From Candidatus Lustribacter sp. (GTDB lineage: Bacteria > Vulcanimicrobiota > Vulcanimicrobiia > Vulcanimicrobiales > Vulcanimicrobiaceae), in assembly GCA_965277805.1 (NCBI GenBank), contig OZ255842.1:608001-672000 (forward strand): DNA of 64,000 nucleotides, given 5' to 3'. The position numbers and the translations under genes were made by a program. Positions 38,618 through 47,995 of the stretch are shown in pieces (positions within the stretch are counted from its first letter, which is position 1; each line of letters begins with the position of its first letter). Under the pieces are notes generated by a model. That model was not told where the DNA came from. It worked only from the letters and a program-made list of their open reading frames with translations, and did no database searches.

Positions 38618-39226
38618 TTAGAGATACTTGAGGATCGACTCGGCGGTGAGTTCTTCGCCGGGGTCGTACTCCGGGGCGGTTTCGAGTTGTTCGAGGTCGT
38701 TGAGGCCGCTCTGTTTGTAGATGCGGTTGGTGATGACGATGACGCGCGCGGCGTGCTTGGGGTCGCCGTTGAAGTGCTGGCTGATGGTGTTCGGCGGGAT
38801 GTAGATCGTGTCGCCGGCTTCCCATTCGAAGCGCCGTTCTTCCGCTTGCGGTACCCACTGGTAGCGTTCGCCTTCGGCGATCGCGAGGTCGCAGTCGACG
38901 TGGATGTCGTAGCCGTAACCCTCGACCACGTATACGGCTTGTTCGGCCAGCTGACGGTGCCGTCCCGAACGGCTGCCGGGCGGAATGATCTGCATGTAGG
39001 CGTCGACCGTTTCGGCGCGCGTGTTCATCTCTTCGTTGACGAGGTGCTTGAGCAGACCGTGCGGTGAGTTCTCCCACGGATGATCGCTCGCTTTGATGAT
39101 CTTGCGGCGCGCTTTGTCGCGCTCCGGTTTGGTTTGCGCATCGTTGAGCAGCGAGGCGTAGTGCCGCCCGCCGACGTTCCCTTGGCGCCAGACCGAATAT
39201 TCATCCCACGGTGCTCGTTCGCTCAC
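38618..39226 (-). CDS. Cupin domain protein (gentisate dioxygenase-like half)
   Basis: PPGSRSGRHRQ..EQAVYVVEGYG, WEAGDTIYIPPN..SQHFN. GTG start overlaps the upstream TGA. Confidence 0.8.
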   Translation of the reverse strand: MSERAPWDEYSVWRQGNVGGRHYASLLNDAQTKPERDKARRKIIKASDHPWENSPHGLLKHLVNEEMNTRAETVDAYMQIIPPGSRSGRHRQLAEQAVYVVEGYGYDIHVDCDLAIAEGERYQWVPQAEERRFEWEAGDTIYIPPNTISQHFNGDPKHAARVIVITNRIYKQSGLNDLEQLETAPEYDPGEELTAESILKYL

Positions 39227-39855
39227 TTCTTTGCGCCCTCGACCGTCTCGAAGTGTACGTGCGCGTGATCCTCGTGGTAATGATCGTGATCGTGATCGTG
39301 TTCGTGTTCGAAGGGTGAGGGATCTTCGCGCGGCACGAAGCCGACACCGGTCGGTGAGGGCTCGTGCGAGAACGGCACGACGGTGCGCTGGAAGAGCATG
39401 TTCATGAAGAGATACATCGGTTTCGTCTTCATCACGAGGCAGCGCGCCGGCTTCTCGGTGCTGCGATTGAAGTGCTGGTGCACGCAGTTGTTGTGCACGA
39501 TCGCGATGTCGCCGGCTTCCCACTCATAGCGTACGCCGTCGTGCACTTCGGCGCCGATGCCGTCGAGAATGTAGAACACCGCCTCGTTGACGTGCCCGTG
39601 CTTTTGCGACACGCCGCCCGGCGCGTACTCTTCGAGATGAATGTGCAGCGTCTGGCCGAGTCCATGCGCGGGAATCAGGTAATCGCGGTTGTACATCTGC
39701 GGATAGCCGGAGAACGGCGTTTCCGAGCCCTTGCGCACGCGCGGCAGCGAACGCAGACGATTGAGTTCTTGCGTGAGATTGTACTGCCCCTCGATGCCGC
39801 GCACGAACACGCGCTCGTCCAGCGTATGATCGTGCGGTTTCTTCGCTTCTGCCAT
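39223..39855 (-). CDS. Cupin domain protein with His-rich tail
   Basis: PGGVSQKHGHVNEAVFYILDG.G, WEAGD...HQHFN, tail HEHDHDHDHYHEDHAHVH. Confidence 0.85.
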   Translation of the reverse strand: MAEAKKPHDHTLDERVFVRGIEGQYNLTQELNRLRSLPRVRKGSETPFSGYPQMYNRDYLIPAHGLGQTLHIHLEEYAPGGVSQKHGHVNEAVFYILDGIGAEVHDGVRYEWEAGDIAIVHNNCVHQHFNRSTEKPARCLVMKTKPMYLFMNMLFQRTVVPFSHEPSPTGVGFVPREDPSPFEHEHDHDHDHYHEDHAHVHFETVEGAKK

Positions 39856-39902
39856 GCGCCCTGAGTTCAACGCCGGAGGTCGAGCCCCCGGCAATCGAAA
39901 AC

Positions 39903-41042
39903 ATGCCGCTGATGCTTCAACGACGCGATTTCTTGGCCGGCGCCGCAGCTGCCGGCGCCGTGCTGGCGGGGGGCGAGCCGGCTTCGGCCGCGATCAGCTA
40001 TGCAAAACCCGCCGATTGGGACAAGATCGTGGCGGCGGCCAAACAAGAGGGCACGGTCGTGCTCTACGGTCCCTCGGGCGACTCGTTCTACGCCGCGCTC
40101 GTGACGCGTTTCCAGAAGGCGTTTCCGGAGATCAAGGTTCAGAGCACCATGGGCGTCGGCGCACAATTGGTGACGCGTCTGCAAGCCGAGCGCACGGCCG
40201 GACGTTATCTCGCCGACGTCTACGTCAACGGCAGCACCGTTGCGTTGCTGGGTCTCAAACCGGCCGGCGGCATGCAACCGCTTCCGCCGTGGCTCGTCCT
40301 GCCGGAAGTGACGAATCCCGGTGCGTGGCAGCAAAACATGCTGTGGTGGAACGACGGGCACGCCCCCAACACCAATCTCAGCTTCGCGGCGATTCTCTAT
40401 CCGGTCGCCTACTTCAATACCAACCTCGCCAAAGCGTCGTCCTTCCGCTCGTATTGGGATCTCGCCGATCCGAAATGGAAGGGTAAGGTCTGCTCCAACG
40501 ACATCCGCGTCATCGGCGCGGGAGGCGTTCCGGCGAGCTACATCTTCAAACAGCCCTCGCTCGGCGCGCCGTGGTTCAAGCGCTTCTTTGGCGACCTCGA
40601 CGTCGTGATGGGCCGCGATCAGCGTCAGCTCATCGATGGGCTCTCGCAGGGCCGCTACGCGATCGCGGGCTTCGTCTCAGCAGAAGAAGCGGCAACGGCG
40701 ATGGACCTCGGCCTGCCGATCGCACCGGTGCCGATCGATTCGCTCAAGGAAGGCTGCGCGGTCGGACCGGGCGGCGGCGCGATCTCGGTGCTCGACCGCG
40801 CGCCGCACCCGAACGCGGCGAAACTCTACACCAATTGGCTGTTATCGCGCGAAGGCCAAATCGCGTTTCAAGAAGAGACGAAGTACGCCTCGCTCCGCAA
40901 CGACGTGCCGAAGAGCAACCTCTTCCTCGCGCCGCGTCCGGGCAAAGCCTACGTCAACGCCGGCGCCGAACAGTACGGCTCCCTGCTCTCCGGCATCGGC
41001 ACGATGGTAACAGACATTCTCTCGAAGTCCGGCAAAGCCTAA
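39903..41042 (+). CDS. ABC solute-binding protein, Fe3+/AfuA/thiamine type (Tat signal)
   Basis: RRDFL, AAKQEGTVVLY, WDLADPKWKGK, APHPNAAKL..NWLLSREGQ. Confidence 0.88.
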   Translation: MPLMLQRRDFLAGAAAAGAVLAGGEPASAAISYAKPADWDKIVAAAKQEGTVVLYGPSGDSFYAALVTRFQKAFPEIKVQSTMGVGAQLVTRLQAERTAGRYLADVYVNGSTVALLGLKPAGGMQPLPPWLVLPEVTNPGAWQQNMLWWNDGHAPNTNLSFAAILYPVAYFNTNLAKASSFRSYWDLADPKWKGKVCSNDIRVIGAGGVPASYIFKQPSLGAPWFKRFFGDLDVVMGRDQRQLIDGLSQGRYAIAGFVSAEEAATAMDLGLPIAPVPIDSLKEGCAVGPGGGAISVLDRAPHPNAAKLYTNWLLSREGQIAFQEETKYASLRNDVPKSNLFLAPRPGKAYVNAGAEQYGSLLSGIGTMVTDILSKSGKA

Positions 41043-42007
41043 AGTTTTAACAGGCGGTCGGCGTTGCCGTGAGCGATCTTTTCTTTGTCGTCGGGGCTGA
41101 CGGGGAGGTCGTCAAGGAATTTGCGGGCGATGTCGTTGCGGCTGAACGGGTAGTCGACCGAGAACAGGATACGGTCGGCGCCGAACGTCAGGAGCGCGGC
41201 GAGAAACGGCGGGAACGAGAAGAAGCCGCTGCTCGTGATCGTCACGTGATCGAGGATCGTCTGGCTCACCGAACGCGGTAGACCGGTGATGCGTTGCGAG
41301 AGAAAGTCATCGCAACGCGCGAGCATCGTCGGCAGCCCTTCGCCCATGTGCCCGATGATGATCTTCAGACGTGGATGCTGATCGAACGTTCCGCTGAGCA
41401 CCATCCGCAGGACGTGGATCGCGGTCTCGGCGTGCCAGCCGAAGCCGGCGGTTGCGAACATCGATGAGACCTGTGGATTGTAGCCGTCGTAATATGCGTT
41501 GCGCACCGCCGCAGGCGGAACGCCGGGGTGAATGTAGATCGGCACGTTGAGCGCTTCGGCGCGCGCGAGCAGCGGTGCAAACGACGGATCGTCAAGGAAC
41601 TTGTCCTTGACCATGCCGCTCAACAGCGCGCCGCGGAAGCCGTGTTCGCGTACCGTGCGTTCGAGTTCGTCGGCCGCCGCCGCGGGTGCTGTCGACGGCA
41701 AGTGCGCGAACGCGGCGAACCGTGTTGGGTGTTTCCGCACGACTTCAGCAAGCGCGTCGTTGTAGCGCTTGGCGTAATCCGGCCCCGCTTCCGGCGAGAG
41801 CAGCACGGCACCCGGTCCGGGAACGGAGAGAATCTGCAGCGTGATGCCGTTCTCGTCCATCGACGGCAGACGCGCGCTTTCGATATCCTCGAGTGCATCG
41901 GCCCGGCTCGCACCGGAGCGGCCGCCGCGTTCGGCCGGAGCACGCTCCGCCAGCTCTTTGCTGAAGGCTGCGATGGAGACGTGTTCTTCGAGGGCTACGA
42001 TGCGCAT
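41039..42007 (-). CDS. Amidohydrolase-2 family decarboxylase, paralog of 6875-7846
   Basis: VALEEH, IYIHP, GHMGE, FSVDYPF, and the same C-terminus KIAHGNADRLLKL. Confidence 0.9.
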   Translation of the reverse strand: MRIVALEEHVSIAAFSKELAERAPAERGGRSGASRADALEDIESARLPSMDENGITLQILSVPGPGAVLLSPEAGPDYAKRYNDALAEVVRKHPTRFAAFAHLPSTAPAAAADELERTVREHGFRGALLSGMVKDKFLDDPSFAPLLARAEALNVPIYIHPGVPPAAVRNAYYDGYNPQVSSMFATAGFGWHAETAIHVLRMVLSGTFDQHPRLKIIIGHMGEGLPTMLARCDDFLSQRITGLPRSVSQTILDHVTITSSGFFSFPPFLAALLTFGADRILFSVDYPFSRNDIARKFLDDLPVSPDDKEKIAHGNADRLLKL

Positions 42008-42022
42008 GAGCGGCTCCGTTCA

Positions 42023-42055
42023 AAGCATGGAAAGACCAACCCTCCGCTAAAATAC
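42023..42055. promoter_or_regulatory. Divergent promoter element, copy 2
   Basis: AAGCATGGAAAGACCAACCCTCCGCTAAAATAC, 30/33 identical to 7859-7891. Confidence 0.6.
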
Positions 42056-42065
42056 CGGCTTGGCC

Positions 42066-43160
42066 ATGGCCGTCAGTGAAGCGAACGTCACCGTCACCGT
42101 CGACGGATTGTACAAGTCCTACACCGATCAGAAGCGTGTGGTCGGTGCCGTGCGCGGCGTGAGCTTCACAATTCGCGAAGGTGAGTTCTACACGCTGCTC
42201 GGACCGAGCGGCTGCGGCAAGACGACCACGATGCGCTGTATCGCCGGCCTCGAACAGACGGAACGAGGCGAGATCTCGATCCATGGTCAGCTCGTGTCCT
42301 CACCAGAAAAGAACGTGTTCGTTCCGCCCAACAAGCGCGACATCGGGATGGTGTTTCAGAGCTACGCGATCTGGCCGCACATGACCGTGTTCCAAAACGT
42401 AGCCTTTCCGCTCAGCGTGGCCGGCGTCCGCAGCGGTTCGAAAGAGATGCGCGAGCGCGTCGAGGAAGCGCTGGCGCTGGTCGAAATGGAAGACTACGGC
42501 GACCGCTTCGCAACGCAGCTCTCCGGCGGCCAGCAGCAGCGCCTCGCGCTCGCGCGTGCGCTCGTCCGCCGGCCGGCGCTCTTGCTCTTGGACGAGCCGC
42601 TCTCGAACCTCGATGCGCGGCTGCGCGATACGATGCGGACCGAGTTGCGCTCGCTGCAGCGCCGTCTCGGGATCACGACGCTCTACGTCACGCACGATCA
42701 GACCGAGGCGTTGAGCATAAGCAGCCGCATCGCGGTCATGCAAGACGGGCAGATCGTGCAGGAAGCGACGCCGCGCGAACTCTACCGCTCGCCGGCGAAC
42801 GCCTTTGTGGCGGAGTTCCTGGGCGTGAGCAATCGCATTCCGTGCACGGTCGCCGAAACCGGTGCCGTCGACACGAGCTTTGGCCGGGTGCAGCTCGCAA
42901 GCTCGGGCGCAGCTAGCGGCGCGACCGGCGTCGTGACGATCCGTCCCGAGCATCTGCGCCTGCACCGCAGTAGCGCGGCGCTGCCGAACGCCTTTGCGGC
43001 GCGCATCGCCTCGATCTCGTTCTTCGGCGAGCAATCGGAGTGCCACGTCGAGCTCAACGGCGCGACGTTGCGCGCGCGCGTGCCCTCCGATACGGAGTTC
43101 GCCGGCGGCGACGACGTGTGGCTCGAACTGCCCGCGCCGTCGTGCCGGCTGATCCTATGA
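42066..43160 (+). CDS. ABC transporter ATP-binding protein (FbpC/PotA type, TOBE domain)
   Basis: GPSGCGKTT, LSGGQQQR, LLLDEP, YVTHDQ. Confidence 0.93.
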   Translation: MAVSEANVTVTVDGLYKSYTDQKRVVGAVRGVSFTIREGEFYTLLGPSGCGKTTTMRCIAGLEQTERGEISIHGQLVSSPEKNVFVPPNKRDIGMVFQSYAIWPHMTVFQNVAFPLSVAGVRSGSKEMRERVEEALALVEMEDYGDRFATQLSGGQQQRLALARALVRRPALLLLDEPLSNLDARLRDTMRTELRSLQRRLGITTLYVTHDQTEALSISSRIAVMQDGQIVQEATPRELYRSPANAFVAEFLGVSNRIPCTVAETGAVDTSFGRVQLASSGAASGATGVVTIRPEHLRLHRSSAALPNAFAARIASISFFGEQSECHVELNGATLRARVPSDTEFAGGDDVWLELPAPSCRLIL

Positions 43161-44296
43161 CCGTCACGCGCCGGCGCGACTTTCTGCGTGCGGGCGCGGC
43201 CGCGGCACTGGCGGCGTCGGCCGCCGCTCCGGCAAGCGCCGCAATCAGCTATCAGAAACCGCCGGCTTGGGATGCGCTCGTGCGTGCCGCCACTGCAGAA
43301 GGCGCGCTCGTGCTCTACATTCCCGAGGGCGATGAGTACGAAGCGGCGCTGGTCACGCGCTTTCAGCGTGCGTTCCCGGCGATCAAGGTGACGAGCGCGA
43401 TCAACAGCGGCGCCGGAATCTCGCGCATCATCGTGGAGCGCTCGGCCGGGCGTTACATCCCCGACATTTGGGTTCAAGGCAGCACGATCGCGCTGCTCCG
43501 CCTCAAGCCGGTCGGCGCGCTGGCTACGCTGGATCCGCTCATCATTCTGCCCGAAGTTCTCGATCGCTCCGCATGGCTGCAGAATCAATTGTGGTGGAAC
43601 GACGCGCAGAAGCCGCTTACCAACATCAGCTTCGCCGGGTTGATGCTGCCGCCGGCCTTTGTCAACACCTCGATCGTGAAGCTCAGCGAGTTCAAATCGT
43701 ACTGGGATCTGGCGGATCCGAAGTGGCGCGGCAAGATCGCGGTCACCGACATCCGCACGATCGGGCCGGGCAGCGTGCCCGCGAGCTTCGTCTACCGGCA
43801 TCCCAAACTCGGTCAACCGTGGTTCGAGCGGTTCTTCGGCACGCTCGACGTCACGCTGAGCCGCAGCCAGCGCCAAATGGTCGACTGGTGCGTGCAAGGG
43901 CAGTATCCGATTATCGCGTTCACGTCGGCGACCGAGGCCTATACGGCGATGCAGCAAGGATTGCCGATCGAGCAGATCGCGCTCGAGCAACTCCGCGAAG
44001 GCGGTGCCGTCGGGCCCAATACCGGTTCGATCTCCGTGGTGAAGCCGGCGCCGCACCCCAACGCCGCAAAGCTCTATCTGAACTGGCTGCTTTCACGCGA
44101 GGGTCAACTCGCGTGGCAAGAAGAGACGAAGCAGTGCTCGCTGCGTCTCGACACGCCCAAGGATGGTTTGTATTTGGCGCCGCGCATGCACGCCGGCATC
44201 ACCTACGCCAACGGCGGCGCCCAAGAATACGGCGAAGCGGCGGCCGCCCTCAACGACGTGATCACCGGGATCTTGAAAAAGGCGGGGAAGGCCTAA
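43157..44296 (+). CDS. ABC solute-binding protein, paralog of 39903-41042
   Basis: RRRDFL Tat motif, SYWDLADPKW, APHPNAAKL. ATGA overlap. Confidence 0.88.
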   Translation: MTVTRRRDFLRAGAAAALAASAAAPASAAISYQKPPAWDALVRAATAEGALVLYIPEGDEYEAALVTRFQRAFPAIKVTSAINSGAGISRIIVERSAGRYIPDIWVQGSTIALLRLKPVGALATLDPLIILPEVLDRSAWLQNQLWWNDAQKPLTNISFAGLMLPPAFVNTSIVKLSEFKSYWDLADPKWRGKIAVTDIRTIGPGSVPASFVYRHPKLGQPWFERFFGTLDVTLSRSQRQMVDWCVQGQYPIIAFTSATEAYTAMQQGLPIEQIALEQLREGGAVGPNTGSISVVKPAPHPNAAKLYLNWLLSREGQLAWQEETKQCSLRLDTPKDGLYLAPRMHAGITYANGGAQEYGEAAAALNDVITGILKKAGKA

Positions 44297-45339
44297 CCGC
44301 GGACTTGCGCGAGCTCGCGAGCGCGTTTGAACGAGTCTTTATCCTTCACCGCAAACGCTTCGAGACGCGCGTGCTCGCGCGGGATGCGGATCATCGGTTC
44401 GTTCTCGGCCGGGTCGCGCACGAGCGCGATCGGATCCTCACCGCGCTCGACGCGCTTCATGTTTTCTTCCAGCAGTTTGTGGTAGAGGATCACGCCTGTG
44501 TCGCCGGCCGTGAGGTGCTCCTGCGTGCGATCGGCGATCGGCCCTTGCGCCACCCAGGCAATGAAGTCTTGTTTGGGGATCGTGTCGCCGTACGGCGCTT
44601 CGTCGCCGTCGAAGAGATTCAGATAGCGCACCGTGAGTGACTTCGGCTCCGCGCCCGGCGCGCGCGCGATCGTGCGGTAACCGATCTGGATCGTGTTCGT
44701 GTCGTCGACCGGAATGCGATACTGAAAACTCGCCTCGCCGGTCTGGCCGACGGCGAGCAGGTTCGGGAAAATAAGCGGATGACCGGTCGTCCAGTCGTCG
44801 CAGTCTTCGCTCGAGCCTTCGAGCAGGCGCCGCTTCATGATGCCGAAGCGGTAGACGTCGAAGGCGATCTTCAAATGCTGTGCGGGCTCCATCATCGGCG
44901 GCTTGCCGAGCCGCGCGCGTTCGTAGTTGCCGAACCGTGCGTGCAAGAATTCGAAGTGCACCGGATCGACGGAGTTGTCCATGCACTGCAGCCAATTGCA
45001 CGGCAGCGCCACGATCTCGACCGCACGATCGAGATCGTCCGCAACGAGAATGTCCCAGCGCGGCAAGAGCGGTGCCGGCTGCGGTCCGAAATAGGCGAAC
45101 AGCAAGCCGCCGAGTTCTTGCACCGGATAAGCCGCGTGCGCGGCGGCCAGGCTGAAGCTGCCGCTCGGTTCGCGCCGCAGGCTGAGGTCTTCCCCGAAAA
45201 AACGCACGGCTTTCACCGGAGCGGCGTCGAGCTCGATCGCGGCGCCGATGGGGTGCCAATAACGCCGCAAGAGGTTGCCCATCGGGGTTCCGGGCCCGAT
45301 TTGCGTCAACCGTTCGTTCTGCGATTGCGTCGTCGCCAT
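44293..45339 (-). CDS. Rieske non-heme iron oxygenase alpha subunit (phthalate 4,5-dioxygenase/LigX group) lacking the Rieske cluster segment
   Basis: GPGTPMGNLLRRYWHP, YPVQELGGLLFAY, CNWLQCMDNSVDPVHFEFLH, QD..AW.AQG, EHL...D.G. No CxH or CxxH. Confidence 0.85.
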   Translation of the reverse strand: MATTQSQNERLTQIGPGTPMGNLLRRYWHPIGAAIELDAAPVKAVRFFGEDLSLRREPSGSFSLAAAHAAYPVQELGGLLFAYFGPQPAPLLPRWDILVADDLDRAVEIVALPCNWLQCMDNSVDPVHFEFLHARFGNYERARLGKPPMMEPAQHLKIAFDVYRFGIMKRRLLEGSSEDCDDWTTGHPLIFPNLLAVGQTGEASFQYRIPVDDTNTIQIGYRTIARAPGAEPKSLTVRYLNLFDGDEAPYGDTIPKQDFIAWVAQGPIADRTQEHLTAGDTGVILYHKLLEENMKRVERGEDPIALVRDPAENEPMIRIPREHARLEAFAVKDKDSFKRARELAQVRG

Positions 45340-45367
45340 AGCTGTACTATCCGCCGCTCCGGCAGGG

Positions 45368-47062
45368 CTACCTGCTCGAGCGCAGGCCGACGTTCAAACC
45401 GAGCGTGCGCACGAGGATCGCCATGACGGTGGTGATCGCGGTAATGACGACCGTGATCACCGTCGCCGCTTCGCGCTGACCGTCGGCGACGAACCCCAAG
45501 GCCAGGAGCGAGAGCGTGCGCGTATCGGACGTCGCCAGCAGGATGATGTTCGATGTCGCGTTGGCGGCGTACATGAACTTGATCGCCGCCACCACGATGA
45601 GGGTCGGCGCAATCAGGGGCAGCACGATCTGGAAGTACGTGCGGACCCAGCCGGCCCCCGACATGCGCGCACTCTCCTCGAGATCGCCGCGCAGCTGCAG
45701 GAACGCCGCCTTGAGCGTTTGCGTCGAGAGCGTCATGCCGCTGAGGACGATCGCGATGACGAGCACCCAGATCGTGCCGTAGATCGGCCGGAAGATCGGC
45801 GTGCCGACGAACATCCACAATAGGCCCAGACCCGCGAGCGCGCCGGGAATCACGCTCGGCAGCCACAACAGAAAATCGAGTACGCCTTTACCCCAGGCCA
45901 CGCGCGCACGCACGAGCACATATGCCACGACCGAGAAGATGATCGGCGCGACGACGGCCGAGACGATCGCGATCTCGAATGTGTTGAACAGCGACTGATC
46001 GAAGGCGGGCGTGCTCAACGTGCGCTGCCAGTTGCCGAGCGTCCACGGGTGTGCGAGGGTGAAGAAGCCGAAGCGCGTCATGAAGCTGCCGGCGATCACC
46101 GACGCCAGCGGAACGGCCACGAGTAACCCCACGACCCCGGCGATCAGCACGAATACGGGCCACGTCCAGCGGCCGAGATCCATTTGCGCGGATTGGATGC
46201 GGCCGGTCACAGTGGTGTAGCTGCGGCGCGTCGTGAGCCAGCGCTGCACCGGCATCGCGATGAGCAGCAGCACCAGCGTCACGCTGCCGAGCGCGGTCGC
46301 CTGACCGAGCAGCGGCGGCACCTGTTGCGCGAGATCGACGATCTTCGTCGAGAACACGTAGAACCCGAACGGCACGCCGAGCAGCAGCTCGATCTCGAAG
46401 GATTCGAACAGCCGCACGAAGCCGAGGAAAAACACGATCACGAGCGCCGGGGTCATGATCGGCAACGTCACGCGCAGCAGCGTGCGCCAGCGATCGGCGC
46501 CCGACGTGTAGCCCGCTTCTTCGAGCGCCGCATCCATGTTGCGAAAGGCCGGCGTCAGCAGGATGACTTTCTCGGAGATGTCGCGGGCCATCAAGTGCAC
46601 CCAAACGATCCCGGCAAAGGAATAAATATTGAACGGTCCCGCGACGTGAAACGTCGTGGCCAGAAAATTGTTGAACACGCCGCGCGGATCGAGGAGCAGC
46701 ATCCACCCGAGCGTCGCCGAAAGCGGCGGCAAAAAGTACGAGAGCCAGAAGCCGAACTCGAGCGCCCGTCCGAACGGGACTTTGCTGCGGCCGAGCAGCC
46801 ACGCGAGCAGGATGCCGACGGGAAACGAGATCGCTTGATAGCATAGGCCGACCGCGATGGTATTCCACAGCGCTTGGCCGAGCCCGGGCCCGCGCCACGC
46901 ATCCGCCCACGCCCGCGCCGAATACGCCGGCGCTTGACCGGGCCCCGCGACGTTGAAGCTGTTGATGACGATCAGCGCGAGCGGGTAGACGACGAAAAAG
47001 CCGATCACCGCGATCAGCAGCAGCACGACGAGCTGCGCCGCGCTTGGCCGGGCGCGTGTCAT
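45368..47062 (-). CDS. ABC permease, FbpB/AfuB type (duplicated EAA loops)
   Basis: Many TM helices, LEEAGYTSGA and LEESARMSGA. Real start is MTRARP at 47062. Confidence 0.9.
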   Translation of the reverse strand: MTRARPSAAQLVVLLLIAVIGFFVVYPLALIVINSFNVAGPGQAPAYSARAWADAWRGPGLGQALWNTIAVGLCYQAISFPVGILLAWLLGRSKVPFGRALEFGFWLSYFLPPLSATLGWMLLLDPRGVFNNFLATTFHVAGPFNIYSFAGIVWVHLMARDISEKVILLTPAFRNMDAALEEAGYTSGADRWRTLLRVTLPIMTPALVIVFFLGFVRLFESFEIELLLGVPFGFYVFSTKIVDLAQQVPPLLGQATALGSVTLVLLLIAMPVQRWLTTRRSYTTVTGRIQSAQMDLGRWTWPVFVLIAGVVGLLVAVPLASVIAGSFMTRFGFFTLAHPWTLGNWQRTLSTPAFDQSLFNTFEIAIVSAVVAPIIFSVVAYVLVRARVAWGKGVLDFLLWLPSVIPGALAGLGLLWMFVGTPIFRPIYGTIWVLVIAIVLSGMTLSTQTLKAAFLQLRGDLEESARMSGAGWVRTYFQIVLPLIAPTLIVVAAIKFMYAANATSNIILLATSDTRTLSLLALGFVADGQREAATVITVVITAITTVMAILVRTLGLNVGLRSSR

Positions 47063-47919
47063 GAGATGCGGTAGCGTCCTTCCAGCGTCACGTAATCGTT
47101 GAGGCCGACGAGACTCGTCAGATCGTCGAACGCCACCATCGGCGGCCCGGCCGGAATATCGTCGGCGACCAGTGCTGCGAGCGCCGCTTGCATCGCGTAG
47201 ACGGCTGCCGGCAGCACGACGTTGTACGTCACGACTTTGAAGCCCATCGCGCGCAAATCGGCGCGGCTGACGACCGGCGTTTTCGGCATCATGCTGGCCC
47301 ACGTGTACTTGAACGAGCCCGCGAAGCGGCGCATCTCCTCGATGCCGGCGAGCGCCTCGATGAAGACGATGTCCGCACCTTCCTCGACGAAATCGTTGCA
47401 CCGTGCCAGCGCTTCGTCGAGCCCGTGACCGGAGCGCGCGTCGGTGCGGCCGATGATCACGATATCCTTCGCGCCGCGCGCATCGACGGCCGCGCGCATC
47501 TTCATGCGCGCCTCGGCCCGCGAGATCACTTCCCGCGCGCCGCCGTAGTGCCCGCATTTCTTCGGCCACACCTGGTCCTCGATCAAGAGCGACGCCGCCC
47601 CGGCCTTGGCGAACTCGGTGACGGTGCGGCGCACGTTCATCGCGTTGCCGTAGCCGGTATCCGCGTCGGCGATGATCGGAAAGCCCGGCGTCGCGTCGCA
47701 CGTGTTGCGGATCTGATCCAGCACGTCGGTGAACGTGATCAAGCCGGCGTCCGGCAGGGCGTAGCGGTGCGCCGAAATGGCAAACCCGCCGAGCAGCGCG
47801 ATCGGGACGCCGCTGCGCTGGGCGAGGCGCGCCGAGAGCGGATCGCCCACGAGGGGGCAGAGCAGCAGGTCGTCGTTCGCGAGCAGCTCGCGGAACGTCG
47901 CGGTAGCATTCGTTTCCAC
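47059..47919 (-). CDS. Isocitrate lyase/PEP mutase family enzyme (2,3-dimethylmalate or methylisocitrate lyase-like)
   Basis: DADTGYG, IEDQVWPKKCGH, GRTDA, GADIVFIE. GTG start with RBS. Confidence 0.9.
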   Translation of the reverse strand: METNATATFRELLANDDLLLCPLVGDPLSARLAQRSGVPIALLGGFAISAHRYALPDAGLITFTDVLDQIRNTCDATPGFPIIADADTGYGNAMNVRRTVTEFAKAGAASLLIEDQVWPKKCGHYGGAREVISRAEARMKMRAAVDARGAKDIVIIGRTDARSGHGLDEALARCNDFVEEGADIVFIEALAGIEEMRRFAGSFKYTWASMMPKTPVVSRADLRAMGFKVVTYNVVLPAAVYAMQAALAALVADDIPAGPPMVAFDDLTSLVGLNDYVTLEGRYRIS

Positions 47920-47995
47920 GCGACCCCCTTCTGCGAGGGAACCGGCATCCATCCAGCGCAGTTCGGCCCATGCGCCATCTGAGCGGGCAAATACA

